A DNA stretch of 64,000 nt from Lingula anatina. Taxonomy: Eukaryota > Animalia > Brachiopoda. Each line of letters opens with the position of its first letter. Position 1 is the first letter of the stretch. A program made the position numbers and the translations under genes. Positions 32,601 to 48,000 of this stretch are shown here, piece after piece. The notes beneath the pieces were generated by a model. It was not told the DNA's origin and searched no databases. It saw only the letters and a program-made list of their open reading frames with translations. Where the stretch lies: the NCBI GenBank assembly GCA_051362555.1, contig CM120641.1, positions 28,030,401 to 28,094,400 on the forward strand, given 5' to 3'.

Positions 32601-35600
32601 TTCTCCATGCCCTGCAACCAACAGTGCTGTCCTGTGTTAGCACAAGTCAACAGTTGTAGCAATAAAATTAAGAATTCACCATACAAGAAACTTAACTAAG
32701 ACACTAAGAAACAAACTTAACAACAGGCATCTAAAACCCCTGACAAGCAGAAAAGGACTAAACTTTTTGGCTCCCAAAATACGCCAATTCCCCCTATAGT
32801 TAGTAAAATGGCATTATTGTTGTAAGCACCAACACCATGCATGAAGTCGGAAATCTGCCAATAGTCTCATCCCTGAGCTATATCATCACCTTTTTCAACC
32901 ATTTAATTTCATCAATGGGCCATAATCCAGTATTATTCTTCCTTATTATCTCCATTTCATTCTAGTTAGATGGTGTGCACCTGGTTTTATAATTTCTATA
33001 ATTTTGTGGGAAATGAATCTATAAATACTACCTTCTGTTGTTTTGTCAGAGTAACGATTCCTGAGTACATATCACAAGGAACAGTTTTATCATTGGGATC
33101 TGAAAATAACACACAAAGAAAAATAAGCAAAACTACTTTTCGCAATAAGATATGTGTGTGAATTGTAGAGTTATAAAGATAATCACTGATTCTTTAAATT
33201 ACAAAGATGAAATATGCCCCATTTGAAGATTTTTTTATTCACTTCAAGTCAATAGATCCCAAGAAAATCCACAGCAGGTCACCAATCCCAAATAACTGAG
33301 TGCTATCAGGTGACCAGTTTTAACCGGTATTGTTCTAGTTTCTGTGGTGTTTCCCTGATATCCGATTAACACTGGCTCACTGATGATGCACTGAATTGTG
33401 GATACAGAACCATGCTCAATATGAAACTTGAAGGGCTCATTCTCCAATACTGAATTATATTTTTAAAAAAGGAAAAAAAAAAAAAAAAAAAAAAGCAATT
33501 AAAAACTAAAATTTAAATAATAAATCTGATGACTTCTTACCTGGCACATATTTTGCCATCACTGGTTGACTAATGCCAGGAGTGAATGTGGGATCAGAAC
33601 ACACCCAAACGCAGAGATTCTTCACCACTTTGCCGTTTGGACACGGGTTACGAGTGATACACTGAGACAGCAGATGGGATAAGTTGGCAGCTGCTTGCCT
33701 CTGAAAGGAAATAGAACCGTCATGAAGAACAAAATAACTATTGAATGCCAATATCATATTAAATATGTGATTTCTACTAAAGAGAGCAAAAATCACCAGA
33801 AAACCACTAAACAAGTACAAATTGTGTAAACAAATCAATGGACTGGTGGCCTGCCATTTAAACTGGGAGGAACTGATGGTGTAAGTCATATTTGGAGCAA
33901 AAATGATCTTTTTTTTTGCTTTTAAATTATCACTTTGATAGAGTTCATTGTACTCATCTTTTTTACAATACATTTAAATCATACATAAACCAAAGACCAA
34001 CAATAAACTATTGAATGGAAAAATATGCTTTACCTGAATATCTGGATTGTCTTCTTTTTTTATAATATCCATCAGAGGGCGGATCACAGGATTTAATTTT
34101 TCTGGTAGATAGTGCAAGAGAATAGTTGCCCCTGCCAAACTTGACTGCACCCTAGACTCAAAATGAATATTTATTCAGATCAGCTGTGTGATGTTCAAGG
34201 ACTATGTGAATCACTTTCCACAGTTAAAGGATTAAGTTTACAAAAAGCAAAGAAAGTGTCCAATCCTATCAAATGAGTCTCAAAATTATGTTTTAGATTA
34301 AAAGCATATTCTTATCAATTTCAAAGCTAAGTGAGGGAAAAAAACAAGATCACTTTTTGCAGTTGGCAAGACTCAATAGTGCTGGTATGAGCACTAAAAT
34401 AGTCATCTGCTAATGGAAAAGCTTTCTATTGACCATACTAATGCAGCAAAACATGCTGAGAGCCCATATTTGTCGTTTAATTTAACTCTCTCTATACCTG
34501 ATAGTTAAAGTCTGAAGCTCTGAACTGGTCTGTGTAATACTGGTTAACAAATGACCTCTTCTCTGTTCAAATTCTTGCAGTTGCTTGGGTTTGAGGTTCC
34601 CTTTTACAGCATCAAAGGTAGTGGTTGCCAAAGCTTGTGCCTGGTCTATTGTTAGTATTGTCCTAGAAAAATGAGCAAACATAAGGAGCCAAAACCATCT
34701 ATCTAACTTGTAGGATGGCCTGTCTGTCTATACTGATGTCGGCTATATTTAAACACACTCAGAACCCGAGTTAATTCTCTTTCAACTTTCACCTATCTAA
34801 ATTTTTTTTGAAAAGTAAGTGAAAATATTTTTTAAAAACTCACTTACCCAGGTTGAATAAAAGAATCCATGTTTATTTTTTGCTGCTTGAGACTTGCAAC
34901 AAAATCCCTACACTCTGTTTGCATTCTTGTGAACAACATGGCTATCTCATCAAAGTACACAGCTTCATTCAAACACATCATGATTTTTTCTTTTACCATT
35001 TCTGGGCACTTGTTCTCCTGCTTAATAAAAATGTAAATAATCAATATTTAAATTCTACACTACTGATATCCCAAAGAAGACTTCACAAACTTAACATACA
35101 CAACATTTAGTCAAAAGAATGTACTATAGTGTTAAGAAATTCAGAAGTGCTGAAAATTTTTTCCAAGAAACTATTAGTAATCTAGTAATTTGTGATACTT
35201 GACCAACAATTGAGATATAAACTATTTTTATATATTATTAAAGCATATACACTGTGGTCTCAGTTATAGAATTAGATCTGACAAAAACACCAAAAGAAAC
35301 ACTTTAACTTCTCATTCATGATTGACCCATACCACTTGCATCAAAAGACCAGTTCATGACTGGTCTATACCATGACAACCTACTTCAAATAACCTGTTCA
35401 TGACTGGTCCATACCATGACAACCTACTTCAAATAACCTGTTTATGACTGGTCCATACCATGACTAACTACTTCAAATTACCTGTTCCTGACTGGCCCAA
35501 ACCATGACTATCTGCCCAATAGCCATCCTCTGCAGGGCAGACTTGGAATTGAGGTGAAATAGCAACAGTTTTAAAAGAGCATCACTTGGTGTTTCCATGT

Positions 35601-38600
35601 TCTCGGGATAGTTTGGTACTGGTTTGGTAAGGTAGGAGCACAAAATGCCCAGCATTCTGATAATAAATACAATATGAAAGAACTATATCAACAAATCAAT
35701 TTTACAAATAGCAGTGCTGAAATGATTGGGGGGGGGGGGGGGGGGGGGGGGGGCAAATAGAGGCTTGGTTCACGTTTTCTAAAAATCTATTTTCTATTTG
35801 CGGTATCTTATGATCACGGTCTGTGCCCTGAATACCTCGTGGCGTAATTACTGGCAGCGCGAGCCAGTTACTTCCAAAGCTGTAATTAATTCTCGGGGGG
35901 GGGGGGGGGGGGGGCAAATAGAGGCTTGGTTCACGTTTTCTAAAAATCTATTTTCTATTTGCGGTATCTTATGATCACGGTCTGTGCCCTGAATACCTCG
36001 TGGCGTAATTACTGGCAGCGCGAGCCAGTTACTTCCAAAGCTGTAATTAATTCTCGGCTGCGCTCGGAGTGATCACAAGATATCTCGAATAGAAAATAGA
36101 TTTTTAGAAAATAGATTTTTCATGTGAACAGAGTCTAAGTCATATTGTTGATCCTTAAATGACAGCCTTAAAAATATTTCAATAAATGAACAAATAAATA
36201 GAGAAATAATACAGATATTAAATATCACATATTCTCAAGGTAAATTCAAACACTTGCTCTCTTTTCATGTACAGACTACATACTATAAAATATACCTTCC
36301 AGCTGTAATTCTGGCCCGCATGACACATGCGTCTCTATTGGCCTGTGTATCACTTAGGGAAAAGGTGCCAGCAATATATTCTTTATCCAGTTTATCATGC
36401 ACGGGACTCGGAACCTCAGAAAAACTGCGGGATTTACCTGGGGTCAGACTCTGAAGTAGAAAATGATCTTTTAAATAAATCAATTAGTGCCCTTGTCATA
36501 TTTAATGCTACTGGTAGGTAAAGAGCAACTCCACTATAAATTGAAAACATGTGGGCTTAATTGTGAGAGCCAAAGAATTGAGGTAACCCATTTCATGTAC
36601 TATCATAAAAAAAAATTCATTCAAATGACTGGCAGTTTGTACCACACTATCTCAAATACTATAATCTTAAAAGCACTCGACAGAGATATGCTTGATCTGT
36701 ACCTTATCCTTATGTTTTGCATCGATGAGAAAGTTTTGATCAAAAGGAAGGCGTGACGGTTGCATCATCATGCAAAGCCAGGTCCCCAGGAAAGGAGACG
36801 TGGCAGCAATTAAGTAGTCCAGGGGAGATTTCTCTAAGACAGAGCACCAAACCTAAAATTTATAACACTATGAAGTAGTTTGTATAAAACAACTTCTTTT
36901 TCAAATTGTAAAACTAAAATCAAACTTATCATACTGATATGTAAACAATGAGAATCGTTTGGTCTTTTACTTTAATTCAAATTATGTACCTTTTTTAAAA
37001 ATAGGTTTACTTATCACCATATTAACTTGAATAAAAAATATAAATAACATCACCATCTTTTGTAAATCTTTTTAACTATGCAAAAAACATACAAATCATC
37101 CTAACCTGCTGAATCAAATCTAGCAATTCTGCTTTTTCTTCAAGTAGCACTCTTTGATACACATGCCTTAGTGCTTCTTGGAGTATGGGGATTAGCCAAG
37201 TAGCATGTGGCTGGCGCTCACTGGTCAGCAAAATATGAAGCGTGGTAAGTACACATTTTCTCACTGAGGTAATATTGTGCCTTAAGAAAGGCCAGAGTCT
37301 GGGTACAAGTTCAGACAATGAAAGATTTGTGCTGGAAAGAAAAAGAAAAAATTTTGGTGAAAAGACAATTTTTATGTTATGGTCAGGCATATGCAAATTT
37401 GTCTACTTTTCTTTGTCAGAGACTTATCAAAATTTCAACTCTGATAAGAAAGATGATTACTAATTGATTATTACTATGATGAGCAGTCCCAAAGAAAGAA
37501 AACATACATGAAAAAGAGCAACTCTACTCACCTCTCAGACTCCCCTGCTTGAGGTCGTGCCAATAGAGTAGACAGTAGAGTCATAATACTGTTGGTGGAG
37601 GCAGTGAGATCATCTAAATCTAGCAAAGTGTCCCACAAACAACTGATAATAGTTGGGACCTAGAATGTAAATTAAATATTATAATAACAACAACAATCAT
37701 AATATAAAATTGCTCAAAGAGCAAGTTCTTGCCAACTGCTATTCAAAAGATGGCCTACCTGGCGAGGCAGCACTTTGACCAAAGTATCAGCCACAGGGAT
37801 GAGGGAGGCTGCAGCCACTGAGCACACATCATCTACAGAGTCCTGCAGTCCATTCATTATCACAGGTAACACCAGCGGCAGAAGCTTGCCTGTCATATCC
37901 TGGGAAAATTAGTTTGGTGCTTTACTAAAAATGTTACTACATAATCCTCGGTAAAAAAGAACTTTGATGTTGTATTGCTTGCGTGAAAACTCAATTACCT
38001 TTAAGCGGTAGTCCTTCACTGATTTACATACCCACTATCAATTTTTTGGCATGTCATTTTATAAGTAACAGTCAAAATTCGTTAATGATACATCCACATT
38101 CAATTTATTACAAAATTACAAATACATGCTGGAAATTCATAAGTAATAAATTTAAACACATTCCCAAACACAGGAAAAATACCCCTCGTACCTGCCTAAC
38201 TGCTAGTAAGTACTTGAGCCCCAGCAGTCCCCCGTGACGAACTTCCCACTGCCTTTGTCCTAGCAGCTGCATTAGAATATGCAGGACCCCCTGGACACTC
38301 TCCACTTCCATATAGTGAAGTGTGGTCCCCAGTGTTTGTGCACAGGTCTCGCGGACTGGAGCCACAACCTACAAGAATTGTACATCAATAATGGCATGTG
38401 TGTTTAAATGAAAGCATTTTTAGTAACAACCACATTAATGCTGTACACACAAGTTTTTATTTGGAGAAAACTGGCTTTTTGCAGTCTTTTATCAACATGA
38501 TTTTGCTGCCTACAAATAGAGCAATTCTATGCTTTATGTTCAAGACCATAACACAATCATTTTTTTTCTTTTTTAATTTCATGGTCCTATTTTTTTCTTA

Positions 38601-40817
38601 ATTTTAATGTCTTACAACAAAATAATTACAATAACTAAGATATGACTTTCAAATAAAATAATAATCTTGAAGGATAAAAAAAATTACCCAACATACGTAT
38701 CCAAAATAAACAAGCATAGTTTACAACATAAAAGACAACTATGTTTTCCATATACCTCATCTGACACAAAATCCCCAAATCTGTCCAGTGCCATAACACA
38801 GAGCAACCTCAAGGCAACATCTTCTAGCCACAACTGGTTGGCTGTAGTCATCTGAAGGTGTGTAAGCAAGTTAGATGGGGAATCAAATAAAGAATCACAT
38901 ACTGAGCACTCACTACAGCATGGCATGAGCTCTGATGTCATATCTATATTCTGCAGATAAACTTCACCAGGATACTGTACCAACTGTCAGTGTTGTTATG
39001 TGAATGTTTGTTTCTGTTGGTAATGAACATTCTTTTTTTTTGTTAAATTGTCAAATTTTGCCCAAAACTATCTAGAAGCCTTGAAAATCAAACAACAAAC
39101 TAACCAAAGTGTTTTATTGCATATCATCATTGTTATTAATAATTTTGCCGTCTGTTTGCATTATATTTCCGTAAGTACATTATCTATTCAAGGCAATTTT
39201 TTATACGTATCTGTCTCTACTAGAGCCCTGCATGCTCAATTGAATCTTATCATAGAAATTGCATAACACAAATGGAATGTAACCACAAAAGTCTGAACAC
39301 TAATAATACAATTCAAGTGAACATCTGAGCTCACTAATATTACAAATGAAATATTAACATGAAAACCCTGAAATAGTCAATGTTCAACCAACTTATAATG
39401 ATTTAATAACCTCTCTTAAACCACTGCTGGCGTTGTACACTACATGCTTCCCATGTCTAAACATAACAAAAGATGAAGTTTTACCTGATCTGCTGATATG
39501 TCCACCATCTTGCCAGCCCCCTTCCCATGCAGCTTGATCACCTCCCTCAGTCCAGTGGCAGCACCGTGCCTCACCTCCCAAGATGTGCTGAACAGGTCGG
39601 CCAAGAGGAGCTCACAGAAGGACTCGAATGGCCACTCTTCATTCTAAAGCAAGAAAATTAATCAAATAATGTACTACAGTAATGAATACATCACTACATC
39701 TATGTTGCTTACACTTCAAAATCTGGATCTGCATTTTTGTAATCTAATGTTATGTCCCTTAGAGGTGAAACACTGTGTTAATTAAATGTATTTTTCCAAT
39801 TGTATCTGTTGTTATATGTAATTTCATTCTCTGGACAAACCTCATCAAAATCCATGGTATTATCAGGTTTTGAATCAGCTGCTGGTTTGCCTTCGTCCAT
39901 CACTAATGTCTTCCTCATTTTATTAGAGGGTTCTCCATCCTCAGCTCTACAACAATTGACATTTATTTATTGACATTTATTTACCTCATTTCAGACATTT
40001 AATAAGGCAAAAAAATGCAAAACTATTTTTCACAATTTGATTATGACTTAGTGCTTTGTTATAACTGATTATATACAGCAGGAAACAATGTGAGCAAAAA
40101 ATAGTCCAGTGAGATTTATGACAGACACTATACAAAATAGTTGTCCACAAATGTACATCATTATTAATTATTGTAATATTTAAGAAAAACTAATATGGCT
40201 GAAAATTTGATCAGTTATGCTTTCGTTCTCTTTTTTCTTTCTGTCAAAATGAACCCAGAACAATATGAAGATGTCCTCACCCATTGCTTTGTGGGGTCTC
40301 AGACACATCCTTTGATCTTTGCTTGGCTAGCTGCTTAGCTTTCCTCTTAGCCCTGTTCTTTTCTCTGGCACTCATCTGTGGATTGCTGAACACCATCAAC
40401 TGTTGAACTACTTCAGCCACAGCTTCCTTTAATAAAAATCAAAAGCAGTGTGAAATTACAATAAACAATGGAGGTACATTATATGAACACAAAAATGATG
40501 TTTTTGTCAATAATCTTATTATGATACTGCCAATAATCAGTGGTCTGTTTTTATAATAAAAAGCATAAAAATAAAATTAAAATTAAAATTGACTTTTGAA
40601 AACAAATATTATACCAAGGCCTTTGAAGGAATTTAATCACCAAGACCTCATCTTCATCATCTTAATATAAATTATATGGTTATGAAGCAAACCATAATTT
40701 TCTAAGTAGTGTTTGTATAATTAAGTCAAACGTTGTTTTAAATGTGTGTGTACGCATTTGTGTGTACAATTAATCTTTGATACATATCTAAAAACACACT
40801 CAAAGACCTACAAAAAA

Positions 40818-40864
<47 letters not shown>

Positions 40865-43800
40865 ATAAATAAATAAAACACTGATGATTACTTGTGATGA
40901 TTCCTGTTTTGTCCCCTGTTGCCGGTTTTCCTGCTTCATCATGAGGTCTTCATCAGAGAACAAGTCTGTCTCTATTCCCATGCCACCTGCTATGTCCAAA
41001 CCCAGCCGCTTGTTCAGCTTCTGCCTCTGTAATGTTAACTTTTCTTTCTGGTCCAAACCTGGAACAGCAGAAATTCTTTTTGAAATATGCTATTTCACTT
41101 TATGTGAATGCCACTACTACAACAACATACAAAAAACAACAAGGCAGCAAAGCTGTCAAATGTACAGACAAAAAGCAGGAAATAACTATGCACAAAATAG
41201 GCTACTGTCAATTCTGATGCAAAAGTACATTATGTTAAACTGTAAATTCAACATCAATTTTTAATTATGCTCAACAGGAAATACCAATGAAAGTAAAATG
41301 TGTAACAAGCATAAGGCTTCAGGCCCATGAGAGTTCAAGTTCACACTTTGAAAATGTATAACTTCCAGAAAAAGAAGCCAATTAGACTGCTTTTCCAACT
41401 CAGGCTGCATGCCAATTTTCGAACTTGACCTCCGTTTTAGTAAGATCGATTACTCCTGAGAGTTTCACGACAACAGGCCTATCGGTTTTCCTTGAAATGT
41501 GTTTACAGTGTTGCATATATGTTGAAAAGTGAAAGAAAAAAGCATAACTTCTACAATAATGACCCGATCATCCTGTTTTTTGAACTTGACCTGGGTTTTA
41601 TGAATATTCATCAGCTCTTTAAATATAAAGCCCAAAAGTAAAACTGCCTTCCACTTATCGTGTTTACAATAAAAGTGCAAGGTACATCTGTACATATTTA
41701 CTGTACTGTTTGAGAACAGTAAGTGACATGGTTTTTCTTAAATGGTCATCATGGGAGCAGTGCCCAAAATAGGTTTTTTTCAAATTTTGACGCAATATTA
41801 CATAATGTTTAACAGCATAATGACCATCAATTTTTAAGAATAAAATATTAGTATCATGGATATTCAGAAAATGTGACTAGCAAAGGTCTTCAGGCCCATG
41901 GAACTTCAAAGCCACAACTTGAAAATGCCAAAATGTAAACAAGACAGCACTGTTCTGAAATGGGTTTATTTCCATTTTTAACAATTTTTAACATAAAACA
42001 AAATTAACAGTTTACTGCCATTTTTATATGATCAACTAAGAAAATTGATGAGATTGGAAAAATATCAATATAACAGTGTTAAATGTCCAATTTCCTCCAT
42101 TCTGAGATTCTGAACATAGTGGATGATTGAATCTGACAAACTGCAATGATATGAGTTTATTTCCATTTTTGACACTTTATTACACAATACACGATAAAAA
42201 GTTTACCATCATTTTTACATAATCAACTAACAATGTTGTAAAGATGCAGGAAATGTCAAACAATCACTTTTACGTATCTTATTAGTTTAATAATGAGACT
42301 GTTAACATGCCTAAGAATTGAATCTGAGGAAATGTAAAAAAACAGCACACCTTCTAAAATAATGGCACGATTATGCTGATTTACGTACTCAACCTGCATT
42401 TTAGTAAAATTGACCACTCCTGTGACTTTCATGACAATTGGCCTATCTGTTTTTCTTATATTGTGTTTACAGTGTTGCATATATGCTGAAAAAAGAAAAA
42501 AAAGCATAACTACTAAAATAGTGGCCCGATCATGCCAATTTTCGAACTTGACCTGCGTTTTAGTAAGATCAATTTTTCCTGTGAGTTTCATGACAACAGG
42601 CCTATCGGTTTTTGTTGAAATGTGTTTACAGTGTTGCATATATGCTGAAAAGTGAAAAAACAGCATAACTTCTACAATAATGGCCCGATCATGCTGATTT
42701 TCGAACTTGACCTGCATTTTATGAATATTCATCAGCTCTGTAAATATAAAGCCAAAAAGTAAAACTGCCTTCCACTTATCGTGTTTACAAGGAAAGTGCA
42801 CGGCAACGACGGCGACGGCGACGACAGTCGCAGGTGATGGCAATATGTACAGACACATCTATATATATTTACTGTACTGTTTGAGAACATGGTTTTTCTT
42901 AAATGGTCATCATGGGAGCAGTGCCCAAAATAGGTTTTTTTCAAATTTTGATGCAATATTACATAATGTTTAACAGCATGATGACCATCAATTTTTAAGA
43001 ATAAAATATTAGTATCATGGATATTCAGAAAATGTGACTAGCAAAGGTCTTCAGGCCCATGGAACTTCAAAGTCACAACTTGAAAATGCCAAAATGTAAA
43101 CAAGACAGCACTGTTCTGAAATGTTTTTTTTTTTTCATTTTTAACAATTTTTAACATAAAACAAAATTAACAGTTTACTGCCATTTTTATATTATCAACT
43201 AAGAAAATTGATGAGATGGGAAAAATATCAACAGAGCAGTGTTAAATGTCCAATTTCTTCCATTCTGAGATTCTGAACATAATGAATGATTGAATCTGAC
43301 AAACTGCAATGATATGAGTTTATTTCCATTTTTGAAACTTTATTACACAATACACGATAACAAGTTTACCATCATTTTTACAAAATCAACTAACAATGTT
43401 GTAAAGATGCAGGAAATGTCAAACAAACACTTTTACGTATCTTATTAGTTTAATAATGAGACTGTTAACATGCCTAAGAATTGAATCTGAGGAAATGTGA
43501 AAAATATGCTGAAAAGTGAAAAAACAGCATAACTTCTACAATAATGGCCCGATCATGCTGATTTTCGAACTTGACCTGCGTTTTATGAATATTCATCAGC
43601 TCTGTAAATATAAAGCCAAAAAGTAAAACTGCCCTCCACTTATCGTGTTTACAAGGAAAGTGCACGGCGCCGGCATCGCCATCGCCATCGGCGACGGCGA
43701 TGACAGACGCAGGTGATGGCAATATGTACAGACACATCTGTGTCTGTACATAAAAATGGTCAGGGCAGACTGCATAGAGCAAGGAATTAGTCCCTCATAA

Positions 43801-45036
43801 TAGTGATAAGATGGAAAAGGCTAGAGATTAATACCCTCTCCGGCACAAAAAAGGGGCATAGTGGACTATCTCCTGGGGGCAAAAAAGGTTAAGGGGGAAA
43901 ATAAAAAGGGAGAGAAGGGGAAAAAATTGACAATTATTGAGAGATTAATGTTGTAATGAATGTGTAAAGGTCTGGCAAGAACCAGCAGTGCCAAAAGCAT
44001 CCCAGTCACCACCAGAGAGGCCATTTCCATAATGGTACAGAACTATATTAGATACTACTAGAGCTTGTATTGATTCAGAAAAACATGAACCACAATGATT
44101 ACATCAACATTATAACATCTTAAAGCGCATGCCATGAAGGACAGCAGATACCCTACTATATGTGTACTGATACGGATGAACTAAATTTTACTATTGCCCT
44201 TTGCATAACAGCTCTTTCTTATTAAAAAGATATCTGGAAATTTCCACACTCAAGATGCATCTTGCAATATCTCTGATCAGGCATGGCATTAGTGCTAAAA
44301 ATAAAGACCTATTGGAAACTATTATTGTCAGATTGATATCAAGTCTTTTGAAATGAAGCTGCTGTCTTTTGTAACGACTTACAAAAATCATGTAATCAAG
44401 CACAAGACATAACTATCTAACTGTGAAAAAATTGCAGCCAACTTCTCACTTTTCATTATAATGACACTCACAGCACTACCACATGCTTGGTTTCCTACAT
44501 ATTTCTCTATCTGGGATATTAAGAACCGTCTTTTTCCAATCACACTATCACATTAAATGCCAATCTGTCACAAGGAGATAACTTTCCCCAAAGACAGTGC
44601 TTAAGGCCCAAATTGAAGACTAATGCATAATGTTGGTGTTTTCTGGTGAAATATGGTTCTGATCGATGAAAAGAAGTGTCAGGCCACATATCATGCTGTG
44701 ATAAATACTGTTTAAGTCTGCTTACAAGAACATAGTACTTTTCCAACATTTTCTTTATCTCTCTTTTTTAAAAAATATGTATATCTAGGTAACAGATTTA
44801 AGCATCAGAAGGTATTATGTAAAGATAGTGAAACAGGTGTTTAAAAGAATAATAATAACTGGAAATGCACCCAGAGACCTCTGACAAGGAAACTGAATTC
44901 TCATTGTTTAATTATTAGTCAAAGCATAGTTGATAAAGGCAAGTTATGTCTTATATAATACACTGTCACCTGAGTGATATACACAGACATCGGATGCAGA
45001 GCCTTTAAGGCTTTTCTTGGGAAATCTTGTTAGAAA

Positions 45037-45079
<43 letters not shown>

Positions 45080-48000
45080 TACAACTTGCCTCTCTATAAC
45101 GTGTGACGTAACTTGCCTAGCTTTGACACAGTGTGATCCCGTGTGACGCACTGATGCAAGAGGTTAGGTCACAGCTCGCAAATAACGTCTGTGACATGTA
45201 CCTTTAAAATGGGGTAAGACATAATATTATAATTACTTGTGCAGCTTTGATGCAATTTTGGTTTCAATTTTAATCTGTATTACCCCAAAAATCTAATCAA
45301 TTTTTCTTTGGCCCACTTGTGACCTATCCAATTTCATCAAAATCAGTCCCTTTCTTTTGCCTAATGATGTGAACAGACACATACCGGACCAAAAACGTAA
45401 CCTTCTTGTCAGAGGTAATCTGTCATTCATTTAATTTAAAAATGTTCAGCTAGTCAAAATTAATATTAATATTTTTAGATTTTTACTTTACAGCAAGAAA
45501 ATTGACTTGCTATGTTTATTGCAATTGCTACCATTAAAATGCCATATACCAAATCTGACACCCAATAACCTGAAACCATGATATCAAAAATAGTTCTTCT
45601 GAGAAACTTTAGATATGTAACACAAATTCCTCTGTATAAACCAGGGAGCACAGTGAAATGTACACCTCATATTAAAGGTACATTTGCACTGAGTGTTGAT
45701 GGAGCGTGAATTCCCAGTAAACCATATAAACCACTTCTACTAGCTTCTTATACCGCTCAAATAAGGTCCACATGCCAAGGAATAAACCAAATTAATAACT
45801 TGATCAGCTATAAAAAGAGTTTAAAACTGAACCTTCTTCAAATTTTTGGTCGTAAATTTGACCTACTTATCTACCCACTTATATACAGCATAGCAAGCAA
45901 GCAGAAAAACCCATTTTCAGGCAAGATAAAATGATGCCCTTTAGCATTTCTCTATACACTAATTGAAACTACATGGTCAGTTTATAAAAACGTGGCCAAA
46001 AGCTAAATTCAAATGCATTTTTAAGTTAGTAAGAAAATAAGAGAGTAAAAACATTGCACCTAATCTCAAAGCTTTCAAATAAGGCTTAACTTTATTACTT
46101 GTCACTTGATACAGGCCAAAAACTGAATTCAAATGCATCTTTAAAGGGATAATAACTCTTCGTTTTGGCCAAAAAAAAAATTTTCCTGGAGTAAACAACA
46201 ATTTTCCCATACTTACCTATGGATAATGAATCCATTTTTACATTCAAAGTTAGTCCCTTAAAGTTATTTTTTGCTAAAAAGTTTGTTTGTTTTTTTGTTA
46301 TAATCTCTTAAGAGTATAGCCATCAGTGGATGTCAGGTCTAAAGACAAGCTCAGATATCAGAATAATAGCTATAACTGCCATTTTTGTTGTACAACAGAA
46401 TAAATTATGTTTCTATGAGTTGCTCACAATGTTTTTATTGTGAAATATAGATCTCATACGAAGAGTTATTATCCCTTGAAGTTAGTAAGAAAATAAGAGA
46501 GTAAAAATATTGCATCTAATCTCAAAGCCATCAAATAAGGCTGAACTTAATTACCTGTCTCTTGACACATTTAATAAAGACAAAAATAGAAAAAAAAAGA
46601 ACACATTCATATCTAACATCTACAATATAGCAACCCACCCACCTGGCTGGCACTCTTCTTCAAATTCTTTTCCTTCTGATCCCAGCAGAGAGGTTCCATT
46701 CTCAAGCACTTTACCAATATCAAATTGGGACAGAGGCAGTTTTCCCGAAATAGGTATTGGAGAGCTTTCCTCTGCAAGCAAAAAAAAAAAAAAAAATGCA
46801 AATCAAATTTACAACACAATATGACAGAAACCAAAGTGATTGGTCTCCAAGGTAAAAGTAAATTTCCTTGACATTAACACTATCTGACTTAATATCCGTT
46901 AAGACCAAAAATGTTTCCAGATGCTCCCAAGCAACTGACTTAGAGCATATGTTAAGGTGTCTAACATATTTATTCCTAACATGAAAAGATTTTTGCAAAT
47001 CAATTTTGTATACACATGTTCATTTTTAACTGTCACATTTGATAAATCTATTCCTACATAATAAACAACAGCATGTCTGATGCATGCCGATATTTATGCT
47101 ATTTTCATCAATGCTCCAAAAGATATTTTGGTTTGAGAGACCAAAAAAAAAAGTTTGTTTTACTCAGTCAAATTACTGACTAAAATTTTAACATACTCGT
47201 AGCAGGCTAGTCTCACAAATTAAAAAGAATTAACCCAGATGCATATAACTGAGTGTATATATTGATATATTTTGCCAATAACCATCATCTGTAAAATAAT
47301 ATTTCATTATAAAGTGTGTACAGTACACACACAGACCCTCACATAATCCGATACATACATACACCAATATATGATCAGATCAATCTCTTGGACTACAACT
47401 GTCTGTACAGTTTTGATGGACATAATTGAAATGACACATTTCAATCAACCTCCCAAGCTCTAGTCACCTTTCTTCACTAGTCCAACTGGTTCCCACTGTG
47501 GCACATTCTTTGCAATAGCCTCTACTGCTTGACCAGAGGCAATACGGGTTTCCCATGTTGGGCTGCGCAAGTACATGTGCACCTGTGGCAAAAATGTAAT
47601 AAAAACTAGACTTTTTTGTCTGAACATCTAAAAATGTGTACTTTAAGCTATACTGAAATTAATTAATTGCATTTTCCACCCGTATTTTAAGCATACTTTA
47701 ATTGGTTGGACTCACATGTGGCTGCTGGTAGGATAAACTATTTTTAGACTAGAGAAAATAAAAAGCAAGTTCCAAACTAGGATCATTCTAATCAAGAAAA
47801 AAAACATCTTGATTGAGGAGGCTGTATAGGATTTTAGTGTTCAACAATTGTAAGCACTGTAAATTTCCCTGGGGGCCCTCAACACATTTCTAGTATTTAA
47901 GTCTGCAGCTATCACCCTTTTGTATTCCAATTTTAAAAATAAACTAGAAATATGTTTTTAATCTCACACAGTGGATATTAACATGCTGGGGTAGCACTAA

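Noticed and set aside
38880-39030. Possible intronic H/ACA snoRNA or hairpin in BTAF1
   Set aside because: A hairpin and an ANANNA-like box can be drawn, but there is no correctly placed ACA box and no identifiable target.
41465-43782. ORFs of 76-200 aa similar to one another
   Set aside because: They lie wholly inside HINE tandem units, with no Rep/helicase or other recognisable motifs.
43800-44750. Coding-like stretch in a BTAF1 intron
   Set aside because: Stops in all frames and no recognisable domain. At most a decayed TE.
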